25,981 nt of DNA from Polyangiales bacterium. Lineage in GTDB: Bacteria; Myxococcota_A; Polyangia; Polyangiales; Houyiibacteriaceae. The stretch lies in NCBI GenBank assembly GCA_049669945.1, contig JBATLA010000163.1, forward strand, positions 1 to 25,981, written 5' to 3'. This document shows positions 11,335 through 21,536 of this stretch, in pieces (the stretch's first letter is position 1; the number at the start of each line of letters is the position of its first letter). Under the pieces are notes generated by a model that did not search any database, was not told the DNA's origin, and saw only the letters and a list, made by a program, of their open reading frames with translations. The translations under genes were made by a program, and so were the position numbers.

Positions 11335-12407
11335 AGGCAAAGATCACACTCCTACCCGGCGACGGCATCGGGCCTGAAATCGTGGATGCAACCCGCCAGG
11401 TCCTCGAAAGCGTGGCCCAGAAGTCGGGGCACAGCTTCACCTTCTCGACGCACCTGATCGGCGGAATCGCCATCGACGAGACGGGTGTGCCACTCCCGGA
11501 CGATACGATCGTCGCGTGCCGTAGCGCCGATGCGGTTCTCCTGGGCGCCGTTGGCGGACCGAAGTGGGACGATCCGACTGCCACGGTCAGGCCGGAGCAA
11601 GGCCTGCTTGGCATGCGCAAGGCGCTCAAGTTGTTCGCCAACGTGCGCCCCGTGAAGCTATTTCGCGGTCTCGAAGCGGCGTCCCCGCTGAGGCCGGAAC
11701 GACTCCGCGGAGTCGATCTCGTCTTCATCCGAGAGCTCACTGGCGGGATCTACTTCGGCCAACCCAAGGGCAAGGAGACCAGGAACGGGCTCCGAACTGG
11801 CTTCGACACGATGGTGTACGACGAGAGCGAGATCCGCCGCATCGTAGAGCTGGCCTTCGAGGTCGCTCGAAAGCGCAGCAAGCGCGTGACGTCGATTGAC
11901 AAGGCGAACGTCCTTCAGACGATGCAGGTGTGGCGCGAAGTCGCCACCGAGGTGGGGAAGGCAAACCCGGACGTACAGCTCGAGCACCAGCTGGTCGACT
12001 CCGCCGCGATGCGGCTCGTCACCGACCCCTCGTCGTTCGACGTGATCGTGGCCGGCAACATGTTTGGCGATATCCTCTCGGACGAAGGCGCGGTACTGAC
12101 CGGATCACTCGGTCTTTTGCCAAGCGCCTCGCTCGGCGAGGGCACCCTCGGGGTCTACGAACCCATTCATGGCTCGGCACCGGACATCGCTGGCAGGGGA
12201 ATCGCGAATCCGCTCGGTACGATCCTGAGCGCCGCCATGATGCTTCGCCACAGTCTCAACCTCGATGAAGATGCGAAGACGATCGAAGACGCCGTGCAGA
12301 AAGTGCTCGACAGCGGGCTCCGCACGGCCGACCTAGGTGGGGGAACGAACTCTCTTGGTACCACCCAGATGGCCCAGGCCGTCATGGCCGCCATCGAAGG
12401 CGCCTAA
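11331..12407 (+). CDS. leuB: 3-isopropylmalate dehydrogenase
   Basis: LPGDGIGPE, LGAVGGPKW, RPEQGLL, RELTGGIYFG, DKANVL, NMFGDILSDE, YEPIHGSAPDIAG; ATGA overlap with the cimA stop. Confidence 0.96.
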   Translation: MKAKITLLPGDGIGPEIVDATRQVLESVAQKSGHSFTFSTHLIGGIAIDETGVPLPDDTIVACRSADAVLLGAVGGPKWDDPTATVRPEQGLLGMRKALKLFANVRPVKLFRGLEAASPLRPERLRGVDLVFIRELTGGIYFGQPKGKETRNGLRTGFDTMVYDESEIRRIVELAFEVARKRSKRVTSIDKANVLQTMQVWREVATEVGKANPDVQLEHQLVDSAAMRLVTDPSSFDVIVAGNMFGDILSDEGAVLTGSLGLLPSASLGEGTLGVYEPIHGSAPDIAGRGIANPLGTILSAAMMLRHSLNLDEDAKTIEDAVQKVLDSGLRTADLGGGTNSLGTTQMAQAVMAAIEGA

Positions 12408-12420
12408 GGAAAGGAACGCG

Positions 12421-14153
<1,733 letters not shown>

Positions 14154-14154
<1 letters not shown>

Positions 14155-14219
14155 GGGACACGCTCCCCCCTCAAAACATCAACCATTCCAGACGGTTGCA
14201 AGCCAAACCGCGAAAACTC
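14154..14219 (-). repeat. 66-bp REP-like repeat, copy 1
   Basis: Reverse complement reads GAGTTTTCGCGGTTTGGCTTGCAACC-N16-GTTTTGAGGGGGGAGCGTGTCCCC; 50/66 ungapped identity to copy 3 by hand count; terminal mini-hairpin GGGGA-CACGC-TCCCC. Confidence 0.85.
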
Positions 14220-14877
14220 AAGTGGCCTTCCTGCGATCCGGCGTTTCGAAACGCTTGCGGTCCCCGGCGCGTGGGGGATCTCGATACACCTCAGACCACT
14301 CGTCCCGGGCGCGGTAGTGCTCGAACCAGTCCAGATAGGTTTGAGCCCGCTCGCTCGGATCAGTGCCGAGTGAGAGGTACCAGCTGCTAGGCGTCCAGAG
14401 CGAGGCGACCGTCGGTTCGCCTCCCTCGAAGCCCGAGTGCAAACGGAAGGTGGACCATCGATAGTCCCTGGGGGAATTGCAGATTCCCGCACGGACCGGA
14501 TTGAGCTCGATATAGGCCGTCGTGATGGCCATTTGTCGTTCTGTGGCGATTGGAATGCACTTGTAGCGTTCCTCGAACAATTTTCCTGTCGCGTTGCGCC
14601 TCTTGTTTCTGAACTGGGCGTATGTCTGGGCAAAGCGTTGAACGAATCGTGCGAGCTGCCGGTGTTCGCGAGCCGTCACAAGCAGGTGTACGTGGTTGTC
14701 CATCTGCATTGTCGTGTGGACCGGGACTCCGTGCTTTCGACCGGCTTCCGCGAGTCGAAAGACAAAGAGCTGGTGCTCGCTTGGGTACGAGAAGAGCCGA
14801 CGGCGATTGTTTCCGCGAAGGATGATGTGGTGGGGATGACCGGGTAGCACTTGCAGATGTCGGGGCAGACGCGGCAT
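14218..14877 (-). CDS. REP-associated tyrosine transposase (RAYT/TnpA-REP, IS200-like HUH Y1 family)
   Basis: MPRLPR...HHIILRGNNR, HUH motif MDNHVHLLV, G.LFE.RY, catalytic-Tyr motif YIELNPVRAG and YRWST. Start taken at MPR (14877); an upstream ATG at 14895 is possible. Confidence 0.9.
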   Translation of the reverse strand: MPRLPRHLQVLPGHPHHIILRGNNRRRLFSYPSEHQLFVFRLAEAGRKHGVPVHTTMQMDNHVHLLVTAREHRQLARFVQRFAQTYAQFRNKRRNATGKLFEERYKCIPIATERQMAITTAYIELNPVRAGICNSPRDYRWSTFRLHSGFEGGEPTVASLWTPSSWYLSLGTDPSERAQTYLDWFEHYRARDEWSEVYRDPPRAGDRKRFETPDRRKAT

Positions 14878-14909
14878 GTCAGTGTTGTCGGCCATTGGGT
14901 CGCCGAGTT

Positions 14910-14975
14910 GCGTTTTCGCGATCCGGTCTGCAACCTCCCGTTGACATTGGGTTTTTCGCGGGAGAGCATGTCCCC
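14910..14975 (+). repeat. 66-bp REP-like repeat, copy 2
   Basis: GCGTTTTCGCGATCCGGTCTGCAACC-N16-TTTTTCGCGGGAGAGCATGTCCCC; 47/66 ungapped identity to copy 3 by hand count; ends on the base before the DJ-1 ATG. Confidence 0.8.
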
Positions 14976-15608
14976 ATGAGGATCGGGATTGCGCTTTTCG
15001 AGCAGGTGACCGCGTTGGATGCGGTGGGGCCGTATGAGGTCTTGCAACGGCTGCCGGGCGCGGAGGTTTGTTTCCTTGGGCATCGCAAGGGCGAAATTCG
15101 AACTGACAACGGGTTCTTGGGCCTGACTGTCGACTACGCGTTCGACGAGGTTCCGAGCCCCGAGATCGTACTCATCCCCGGCGGCTTTGGGACACGTGCC
15201 CTCGTCGACGATGCGGCCATCCTCGATTGGATCCGGTCCGCGCACGAGACGAGCCGCTTCACGACCTCGGTGTGTACGGGGTCGCTTCTTCTGGGTGCAG
15301 CCGGAGTGCTAGAAGGGCTGAGCGCGACGACGCACTTTGCTGCCCGTCAGCTTCTGGCAAAGTACGGTGCGACTCCATCGGATGAACGGGTCGTGGAAGA
15401 GGGCAAAGTCATCACGGCCGCGGGCGTCTCCAGCGGCATCGATATGGCGCTTCTCCTTGCCGAGCGTCTAACCGATGCGACGACGGCCAAGGCGCTCCAG
15501 CTGGGAATCGAGTACGACCCCCAGCCTCCGCACGACGCCGGCGCCCTTCACAAGGTCGACGCCTTCGTGCTCATGCGGCTTCAGGAGCTCGCGAACGACA
15601 AGAAATAG
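14976..15608 (+). CDS. DJ-1/PfpI family protein (isocyanide-hydratase/InhA-like subgroup)
   Basis: LDAVGPYEVL, IPGG.GT, nucleophile elbow SVCTGS, ATTH, RVVEEG.VITAAGVSSGIDMAL, LGIEYDPQPP. Start re-assigned to ATG 14976 with GGAGA at 14961-14965. Confidence 0.88.
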   Translation: MRIGIALFEQVTALDAVGPYEVLQRLPGAEVCFLGHRKGEIRTDNGFLGLTVDYAFDEVPSPEIVLIPGGFGTRALVDDAAILDWIRSAHETSRFTTSVCTGSLLLGAAGVLEGLSATTHFAARQLLAKYGATPSDERVVEEGKVITAAGVSSGIDMALLLAERLTDATTAKALQLGIEYDPQPPHDAGALHKVDAFVLMRLQELANDKK

Positions 15609-15620
15609 ACTGCGTGGCTC

Positions 15621-15686
15621 GCGTTTTCGCGGTTAGGTCTGCAACCCTTCGTGATCACGCCGGTTTTGAGGGGGGAGCGTGTCCCC
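15621..15686 (+). repeat. 66-bp REP-like repeat, copy 3
   Basis: GCGTTTTCGCGGTTAGGTCTGCAACC-N16-GTTTTGAGGGGGGAGCGTGTCCCC; direct repeat of copy 2 and inverted relative to copy 1. Confidence 0.85.
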
Positions 15687-16438
15687 TAGGAGAGGGCGCC
15701 GCCGTCGGCTCTTATTTCTGTGCCGTTGATGTAGCGGGCGTCGTCGGAGGCTAGGAAGGCGATCACCGAGGCGGCGTGCTTGGGTTTGGCGAAGCCTACG
15801 AAGGGCATGGCGCCTTTCAGGAGCTCCATGTCGGCGCCTTCGGGGGCTTTGAAATCGCCGTGAAGCGATGTCGCAATGCCGCCTGGGACGACGCAATTCG
15901 CGCGGAGCCCCTGCTTCACGTACTCCTGGTAGAGAGCGCGCGTCATCGAGAGAATGCCCCCTTTCGAGGCGGCGTACGCGCTCATCCACGGGTGGCTGCC
16001 CAGGGCCGAGGTGCTCGAGCAGTTCACGATCGCGCTGAAACGGTTCTTCAAGAGGTGCGGCAGCGCGGCGTGGTTGACGTAGAACGTGCCGTTGAGGTTG
16101 ATGTCGATGATTTGGTGCCACTGGTCGAAAGTCATCTCGTGCGTATGGTACGTGCGCAAGATGCCGGCGCAGTGCACCAAGGTGTCGAAGCCCCCCATGT
16201 CCTCGGCGGCCTGGTCGATCACCTTCTTAACGCCCGCCCCGTCGGTGACGTTGCACTCGTAGGTCCACGATTTCACGCCCTGCGCATCGACGAGCTGCTT
16301 CGTCATCGCGAGACCTTCGGCGTTGATGTCGATGAGCGCGCAGTTGCCGCCCTCTTCCGCGATCCGCTGCGCTGAGGCCTGGCCGATGCCCGCCGCCGCG
16401 CCGGTGATCACAACATTCTTTCCTTCAAACCTTTTCAT
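15686..16438 (-). CDS. Classical short-chain dehydrogenase/reductase (probably NAD-dependent)
   Basis: TGAAAGIG, acidic D after beta-2 (LIDIN), CAGI, catalytic S...YAASK, PGGIAT and terminal DGG. Confidence 0.9.
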   Translation of the reverse strand: MKRFEGKNVVITGAAAGIGQASAQRIAEEGGNCALIDINAEGLAMTKQLVDAQGVKSWTYECNVTDGAGVKKVIDQAAEDMGGFDTLVHCAGILRTYHTHEMTFDQWHQIIDINLNGTFYVNHAALPHLLKNRFSAIVNCSSTSALGSHPWMSAYAASKGGILSMTRALYQEYVKQGLRANCVVPGGIATSLHGDFKAPEGADMELLKGAMPFVGFAKPKHAASVIAFLASDDARYINGTEIRADGGALS

Positions 16439-16464
16439 CGTGCTTCTCGCTCTTCCGTAGTCGT

Positions 16465-17589
16465 CTAATACCCGTGGAGCTCCGCCCAGCGCTGCCGGTG
16501 ATGCGAAGGCTTCCCAAAAGTCATGTATGCCGCGTGCGCCCGCTTCATGTAGAACCCGATGTCGTGCTCGTCGGTCACACCGATGCCACCGTGCATCTGG
16601 ATGGCTTCCTTGGCAGCGTGGAGGAACGTATCGGATGCCATGGCCTTGGCCAAGGACGTCAGCCGCGGCACCTCATCGGGCGCGTCATCGATCGCGCGGG
16701 CCGCGGCGAGCACGACCGAGCGCGTCAACGCGATCTCCGTGAACACCGATACCGCGCGATGCTGCAGTGCTTGGAACGAGCCAATCGGAACGCCAAATTG
16801 CTCGCGCTCCTTGATGTACTCGATGGTGTCGGCAAACGCCTGCTCGGAGGCGCCCAGCATCTGCGCCGCCGCTCCGGCGGATGCCCGCTCGAGCACGGAT
16901 CCAAGAAGCGCGCCGCCGCCACCGACGTCGCCCAGCACGGCGTCGACCCCGACGGCAACTCGCTCGAGGGTCACAATCGCCGAACCCAAGCCGTCGATTC
17001 GATGCTGCCGGGTAACCGACACACCGCTCTCGGAAGGGTTCACGAGGAACAAGGTCGTGCCGCTATCCGAAGTTGCCGCCGAGATGACGATCCGTTCGGC
17101 CGCGTGCCCGTCGAGCACCTGGACCTTCTGCCCGCTGAGCTCAAACCCATCACCCACCCTCGTAGCAAGCACAGGTGACCCTGCCTCTTCGTAGCCGAGC
17201 GCCAGCAGCGTCTCGCCCGCGGCTACGCCCGGAAGCACGGACTGCTTCTGCTCGTCGGTCCCTCCAAGCAAGAGCGCCTGCGTCCCGAGCAACAAGGTCG
17301 AGATGAAGGGCTCGGGCATCAGCTCGCGCCCGCTCTGCTCGAGGACGACGCACAAGTCGAAGAACCCGAGGCCAAGACCCTCGTACTCCTCGGGGATCTG
17401 CAGCCCGAGCCAGCCGAGCTCCGCCATCTCGTTCCACAGCTCGCGAGAAAACCCGAGGCTGTCCTCCGAATCCCTGAACGTCCGAATTCGAGCGGCTGGC
17501 GCGCGCTCGCGAATGAATTCATGCGCCGTCTTCGAGAGCATCTGCTGCTCGTCGTTCAGAAGAAGCGAAGGCGCGCGATGCCCGCTCAT
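16465..17589 (-). CDS. Acyl-CoA dehydrogenase family protein, probable non-catalytic partner subunit of a heteromeric ACAD
   Basis: LNDEQQML, WNEMAELGWLGL, YIKEREQFGVPIGSFQALQH, QMHGGIGVTDEHD; short C-terminus lacking the IxxGxxE catalytic segment; 4-nt overlap with the upstream ACAD. Confidence 0.85.
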   Translation of the reverse strand: MSGHRAPSLLLNDEQQMLSKTAHEFIRERAPAARIRTFRDSEDSLGFSRELWNEMAELGWLGLQIPEEYEGLGLGFFDLCVVLEQSGRELMPEPFISTLLLGTQALLLGGTDEQKQSVLPGVAAGETLLALGYEEAGSPVLATRVGDGFELSGQKVQVLDGHAAERIVISAATSDSGTTLFLVNPSESGVSVTRQHRIDGLGSAIVTLERVAVGVDAVLGDVGGGGALLGSVLERASAGAAAQMLGASEQAFADTIEYIKEREQFGVPIGSFQALQHRAVSVFTEIALTRSVVLAAARAIDDAPDEVPRLTSLAKAMASDTFLHAAKEAIQMHGGIGVTDEHDIGFYMKRAHAAYMTFGKPSHHRQRWAELHGY

Positions 17590-18791
17590 TTCTTCCCCTC
17601 CGGCAGCCCAAGCACGCGCTTCGACACGATGTTCTTCTGAATCTCGGACGAGCCGCCCTCGATGGTGTTGGCGCGTGACCGCAACCAGTCGCGCGTGTAT
17701 TGGAGGTCGTCCTCATCGAAGCCAGGACCTTCCCAGCCGAGTCCCTGGATTCCAGCCACGCTCATGCCGAGCTCGAATCGCTTCTGCTTGAGCTCTGTGC
17801 CGACGATCTTCGTGATCGAGCCTTCCGGCCCCGGCGTGCCGCTGGCAGAGCTCTGCTGGATTCGGGCAAGTGTCAGATGGAACGCCTCTTCGAGCATGCC
17901 GAGCGACGCGATTTCGTCGCGGAGGAGCGGATCTGGAATCGCGGCCCCCCCCACTCCGAGATGCTTGCGTGCGCGGGCAACCACCTCGCGCTCCGCTGAA
18001 CCCGGCTGCCGCGCGATCGAGCGGCCGATGGAGGAGCGCTCGTGACCGAGGATGGCCTTGGCGATCGTCCAGCCCTCGTTCTCCTTGCCAACCAAGTTTG
18101 CGGCCGGGACTCGTACGTTGTCGAAGAACGTCTCACAAAACGGCGAATACCCACTGATGAGATCGATGCGCCGCACGGTGATTCCGGGCGTGTGCAAGGC
18201 CGCCAGGATCACCGAAATGCCCATTTGCTTCTTGGGCGCGTTGGAATCGGTCCGCGTGAGGCAGTAAATCCAATCGCTGAGATTCGCGTGCGAGGTCCAG
18301 ATCTTTTGGCCATTCAGGACGTACTCATCGCCCTCACGCTCGGCTTTGAGCTGAAGATTGGCGAGGTCGGACCCCGCGTTGGGCTCGGAGTAGCCCTGAC
18401 ACCAGCGCACCTCCCCGCGCGCGATAGCGGGCAAGTGCTGCGCGCGCTGCGCATCGTTGCCGTACTCGAGGAGCACCGGCCCGAACATGCACAGCCCCTG
18501 CCCCGCCACGGGGCGAGGCACACCGATGGCCTTCATCTCGATGTGAATGATGTCCTCTTGCTCGCGACTGAGGCCGCCGCCTCCGTACTTCGCTGGCCAG
18601 GACGGCGCGGTCCATTGCTTCTCGATGCCGAGATCGCGCCACCGGAGAATGTCCGGATCGGTCTCCTCGCACTTCGAGCCGCCCCAGTAGCCGTCGAACG
18701 GTCCGCTGCCACTCGTGCCCCAGAGCGCCTTCGGTGCGTTCTCACGAACCCAAGCGCGCGCTTCCTCACGAAATGCATCGAGATCGCTCAC
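17586..18791 (-). CDS. Acyl-CoA dehydrogenase family protein, probable catalytic subunit
   Basis: WPAKYGGGG, WCQGYSEPNAGSDLA, NGQKIWTS, ETFFDNVRVP, RANTIEGGSSEIQKNI; GTG start. Confidence 0.88.
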   Translation of the reverse strand: MSDLDAFREEARAWVRENAPKALWGTSGSGPFDGYWGGSKCEETDPDILRWRDLGIEKQWTAPSWPAKYGGGGLSREQEDIIHIEMKAIGVPRPVAGQGLCMFGPVLLEYGNDAQRAQHLPAIARGEVRWCQGYSEPNAGSDLANLQLKAEREGDEYVLNGQKIWTSHANLSDWIYCLTRTDSNAPKKQMGISVILAALHTPGITVRRIDLISGYSPFCETFFDNVRVPAANLVGKENEGWTIAKAILGHERSSIGRSIARQPGSAEREVVARARKHLGVGGAAIPDPLLRDEIASLGMLEEAFHLTLARIQQSSASGTPGPEGSITKIVGTELKQKRFELGMSVAGIQGLGWEGPGFDEDDLQYTRDWLRSRANTIEGGSSEIQKNIVSKRVLGLPEGKK

Positions 18792-18795
18792 GCGT

Positions 18796-19824
18796 TCACT
18801 CCGCGGCTCCGGCCTTCTTCATGTCGAGCGCGACATCCTCGATCATGTCTTCCTGCCCGCCAACCGTCTTCATACGGCCGAGCTCGACGAGGATGTCGGT
18901 CGACTTGAGGCCGTACTTCTCGGCGGCGCGCTTCGCATGAAGGAGGAACGAAGAGTAAACGCCGGCGTAGCCAAGCGTCAGCGAGTCGCGGTCCGCGCGA
19001 ACCTTATGAGTCATGAGCGGGTAGACGATGTCTTCGGCGACGTCCATGACCTTCCACATGTCGACACCCGTCTCGACGCCCATGCGATGAAGCACGGCCA
19101 CGAACACCTCGAGGGGCGTGTTGCCCGCGCCCGCCCCCATACCGGCGACCGAACCATCGATGCGCACGGCGCCTGCCTCGACGGCCGCCAGCGAGTTTGC
19201 GATCCCCATGTGGAGGTTGTGATGCCCATGGAACCCGACCTCGACATCGGGATCGAGCTTCTCACGAAGGAGACCGACGCGCGCGGTCACGTGGTCCGGA
19301 AGCATGTAGCCGGCTGAATCGGTGATGTAGAGGCAGTTCGCGCCATAGCCCTCCATGAGCTTGGCCTGCTCGAGGAGCGCCTCGGGCGAAATCATGTGCG
19401 CCATCATCAAGAAACCGACCGTATCCATCTCCATCTTGGCGCCGAGGTTGATGTGCTGCTCGGAGACGTCGGCTTCGGTGCAGTGCGTGGCGACACGAAT
19501 CGTGTGCACCCCGCAGTCGTGCGCCATCCGCAAGTGGTCGACCGTGCCAATGCCGGGAAGAAGGAGCGCCGAGATCTTCGAACGCTTCATCTTGGGTACG
19601 ACCGCGCGGAGGTACTCCTCATCCGTGGCCGCGGGAAAGCCGTAGTTGACCGACGCGCCGCCTAGGCCGTCACCATGGGTAACCTCGATCAGTGGGACGC
19701 CTGCCTCGTCGAGCGCGGTTGCCACTTGAACCATTTGCTCCGTCGTGAGCTGGTGCCGCTGAGGATGCATCCCATCGCGGAGGCTCATGTCGTGGAGGGT
19801 GACCTTCTTTCCTTCGAGATTCAT
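18796..19824 (-). CDS. dmpG: 4-hydroxy-2-oxovalerate/hexanoate aldolase (DmpG/XylK/HsaF family)
   Basis: [69 protein letters not shown]. Confidence 0.93.
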   Translation of the reverse strand: MNLEGKKVTLHDMSLRDGMHPQRHQLTTEQMVQVATALDEAGVPLIEVTHGDGLGGASVNYGFPAATDEEYLRAVVPKMKRSKISALLLPGIGTVDHLRMAHDCGVHTIRVATHCTEADVSEQHINLGAKMEMDTVGFLMMAHMISPEALLEQAKLMEGYGANCLYITDSAGYMLPDHVTARVGLLREKLDPDVEVGFHGHHNLHMGIANSLAAVEAGAVRIDGSVAGMGAGAGNTPLEVFVAVLHRMGVETGVDMWKVMDVAEDIVYPLMTHKVRADRDSLTLGYAGVYSSFLLHAKRAAEKYGLKSTDILVELGRMKTVGGQEDMIEDVALDMKKAGAAE

Positions 19825-20717
19825 GCTGCCTCCGCGCGCTGAATTTCTTCCGCGATGAGCTCGGCCGTTCGGAGCCCGGCCGCCGTCATGATGTCGAGAT
19901 TGCCGGCGTACTTCGGCAAGAAGTCGCCGAGCCCTTCGACCTCCATGAAGAATGAAACGCGATTTCCATCGAAGACCGGACCGTTCTTGAGCGTGTATCC
20001 CGGCACGTACTTCTGGACCTCGGCAACCATCTTGCGCGCCGACTCGATGATCTCCGCCTCCTTGGGAGCGCCCACTGTGAGGCAGTGAATCGTGTCACGC
20101 ATGATGAGTGGTGGATCGGCCGGGTTGATGATGATGATCGCCTTGCCGCGCTTGGCCCCGCCCACGACCTCTACCCCTTTGGCAGTGGTACGGGTGAACT
20201 CGTCGATGTTCCTGCGCGTGCCCGGCCCCGCCGAACGGGACGACACGGTCGCGATGATCTCGCCGTACTCGACGGGCTGCACCCGACTCACCGCAGCGAC
20301 CATCGGAATGGTCGCTTGCCCACCACAGGTCACCATGTTCACGTTTTGTTCCTCTCGGCCGACCATCTCTTCGAGATTCACGGGAGGCACGCAGAAGGGG
20401 CCGATCGCAGCCGGCGTGAGGTCCACCATCTTGACGCCGTACTTCGCGACCAGGTCGTTGTTCGATCGATGCACATACGCACTGGTGGCATCCCAGGCGA
20501 TGCGCACGCCGTCGGCTTCGATGTGCGGTTCCATACCCTGCACTCCTTCGAAGGTCGTCTTGAGACCGAGCTCCTTGGCGCGCTTGAGCCCTTCGGACTC
20601 GGGATCGATCCCTACCATCCAGATCGGCTCGATAATCTCGCTTCGAAGCGCCTTGTAGAGCAGATCGGTGCCGATATTGCCGGACCCGATGATGGCCGCT
20701 TTCACTTTCGTCGTCAT
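19821..20717 (-). CDS. mhpF: Acetaldehyde/propanal dehydrogenase (acylating), DmpF/MhpF/HsaG family
   Basis: [40 protein letters not shown] (catalytic Cys), [22 protein letters not shown]. Confidence 0.93.
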   Translation of the reverse strand: MTTKVKAAIIGSGNIGTDLLYKALRSEIIEPIWMVGIDPESEGLKRAKELGLKTTFEGVQGMEPHIEADGVRIAWDATSAYVHRSNNDLVAKYGVKMVDLTPAAIGPFCVPPVNLEEMVGREEQNVNMVTCGGQATIPMVAAVSRVQPVEYGEIIATVSSRSAGPGTRRNIDEFTRTTAKGVEVVGGAKRGKAIIIINPADPPLIMRDTIHCLTVGAPKEAEIIESARKMVAEVQKYVPGYTLKNGPVFDGNRVSFFMEVEGLGDFLPKYAGNLDIMTAAGLRTAELIAEEIQRAEAA

Positions 20718-20730
20718 CTCTCGCTACTCC

Positions 20731-21531
20731 CTACGTGAACCGCACGGAGGCGGTTCCGATGCCCTCGACCTCGAGTCGCATCTCGTCACCCGCAACGACG
20801 GGTTCGAGCGGCACCAGAGAGCCCGAAAGCACGACATCACCGGCATTCAAGGTGATTCCAAACTTGGACAGCGTGTTCGCCAACCAGCTCACACAATTGA
20901 GGGGCGAATCGAGCGCCGCGGAGCCCATCCCCTCGCTCAAGGGCTGTCCGTTCTTGTAGACCCGCATCTTCAGGTTCGGAAAATCCAGCCCCTTTGGATC
21001 GGTGTGCTCATCGCCCAGCACGAAAAGACCGCAGCTCGCGTTGTCGGCAACGGTGTCCTGGATCTTCACCTTCCAGTCGTTCACACGACTGTCGACCACC
21101 TCGAAGCAGGCCATCACGTATTCGGTGGCGTCTAGGACATCCTCGTTGGTGACGCCCGGCCCGTGGAGACTCTTCTTGAGCCTGAACGCGATCTCACCCT
21201 CTGCGCGGGGTTGAATGAGCTGCTGGCTGATCGGCATCGGTCCGCCGTTCGGGTACATCATCTTGTCGGTGAGGTAGCCGAAGTCGGGCTGAAAAACGCC
21301 AAGCATCTCCTGCACGGCAGGGCTGGTGACGCCGATCTTCTTGCCGATGATTTTTTCACCGTCGTCTTCGACGCGGCGATTCACCATTCGCAGCGACACG
21401 TGGTACGCGTCTTCTATCGTAATCTCAGGCCAGCGTTCGGTGAGCGGGCTCAGGGTGCGGCGCGCGCGCAAGGCACCGTAGAGCTCATCTCCAAGCTCCT
21501 CGATCTTCTTTCGTCGCGCCGCATCATCCAT
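20731..21531 (-). CDS. mhpD: 2-oxopent-4-enoate / 2-hydroxyhexa-2,4-dienoate hydratase (MhpD/TesE/HsaE family)
   Basis: ITIEDAY, GKKIGVTS, QPDFGYL, QPRAEGEIAF, EVVDSR, DTVADNASCG, WLAN, GDVVLSGSL. Start re-assigned to ATG 21531; the longer ORF-track version overlaps the upstream gene. Confidence 0.9.
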   Translation of the reverse strand: MDDAARRKKIEELGDELYGALRARRTLSPLTERWPEITIEDAYHVSLRMVNRRVEDDGEKIIGKKIGVTSPAVQEMLGVFQPDFGYLTDKMMYPNGGPMPISQQLIQPRAEGEIAFRLKKSLHGPGVTNEDVLDATEYVMACFEVVDSRVNDWKVKIQDTVADNASCGLFVLGDEHTDPKGLDFPNLKMRVYKNGQPLSEGMGSAALDSPLNCVSWLANTLSKFGITLNAGDVVLSGSLVPLEPVVAGDEMRLEVEGIGTASVRFT

Positions 21532-21536
21532 GCCTT

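Noticed and set aside
14178..14200. IHF site within the repeat spacer
   Set aside because: Only partial matches to WATCAANNNNTTR, and they are not consistent among the three copies.
14218..14877. IS200/IS605 element with TnpB
   Set aside because: There is no TnpB gene, and the protein has RAYT-type motifs (RGNNR, YIxxNPVRAG, WS) and a longer length than IS200 TnpA.
14941..14946. Perfect TTGACA inside repeat copy 2 as a -35 box for DJ-1
   Set aside because: There is no acceptable -10 at 16-18 nt spacing (GAGCAT region), and the hexamer lies in the non-conserved spacer.
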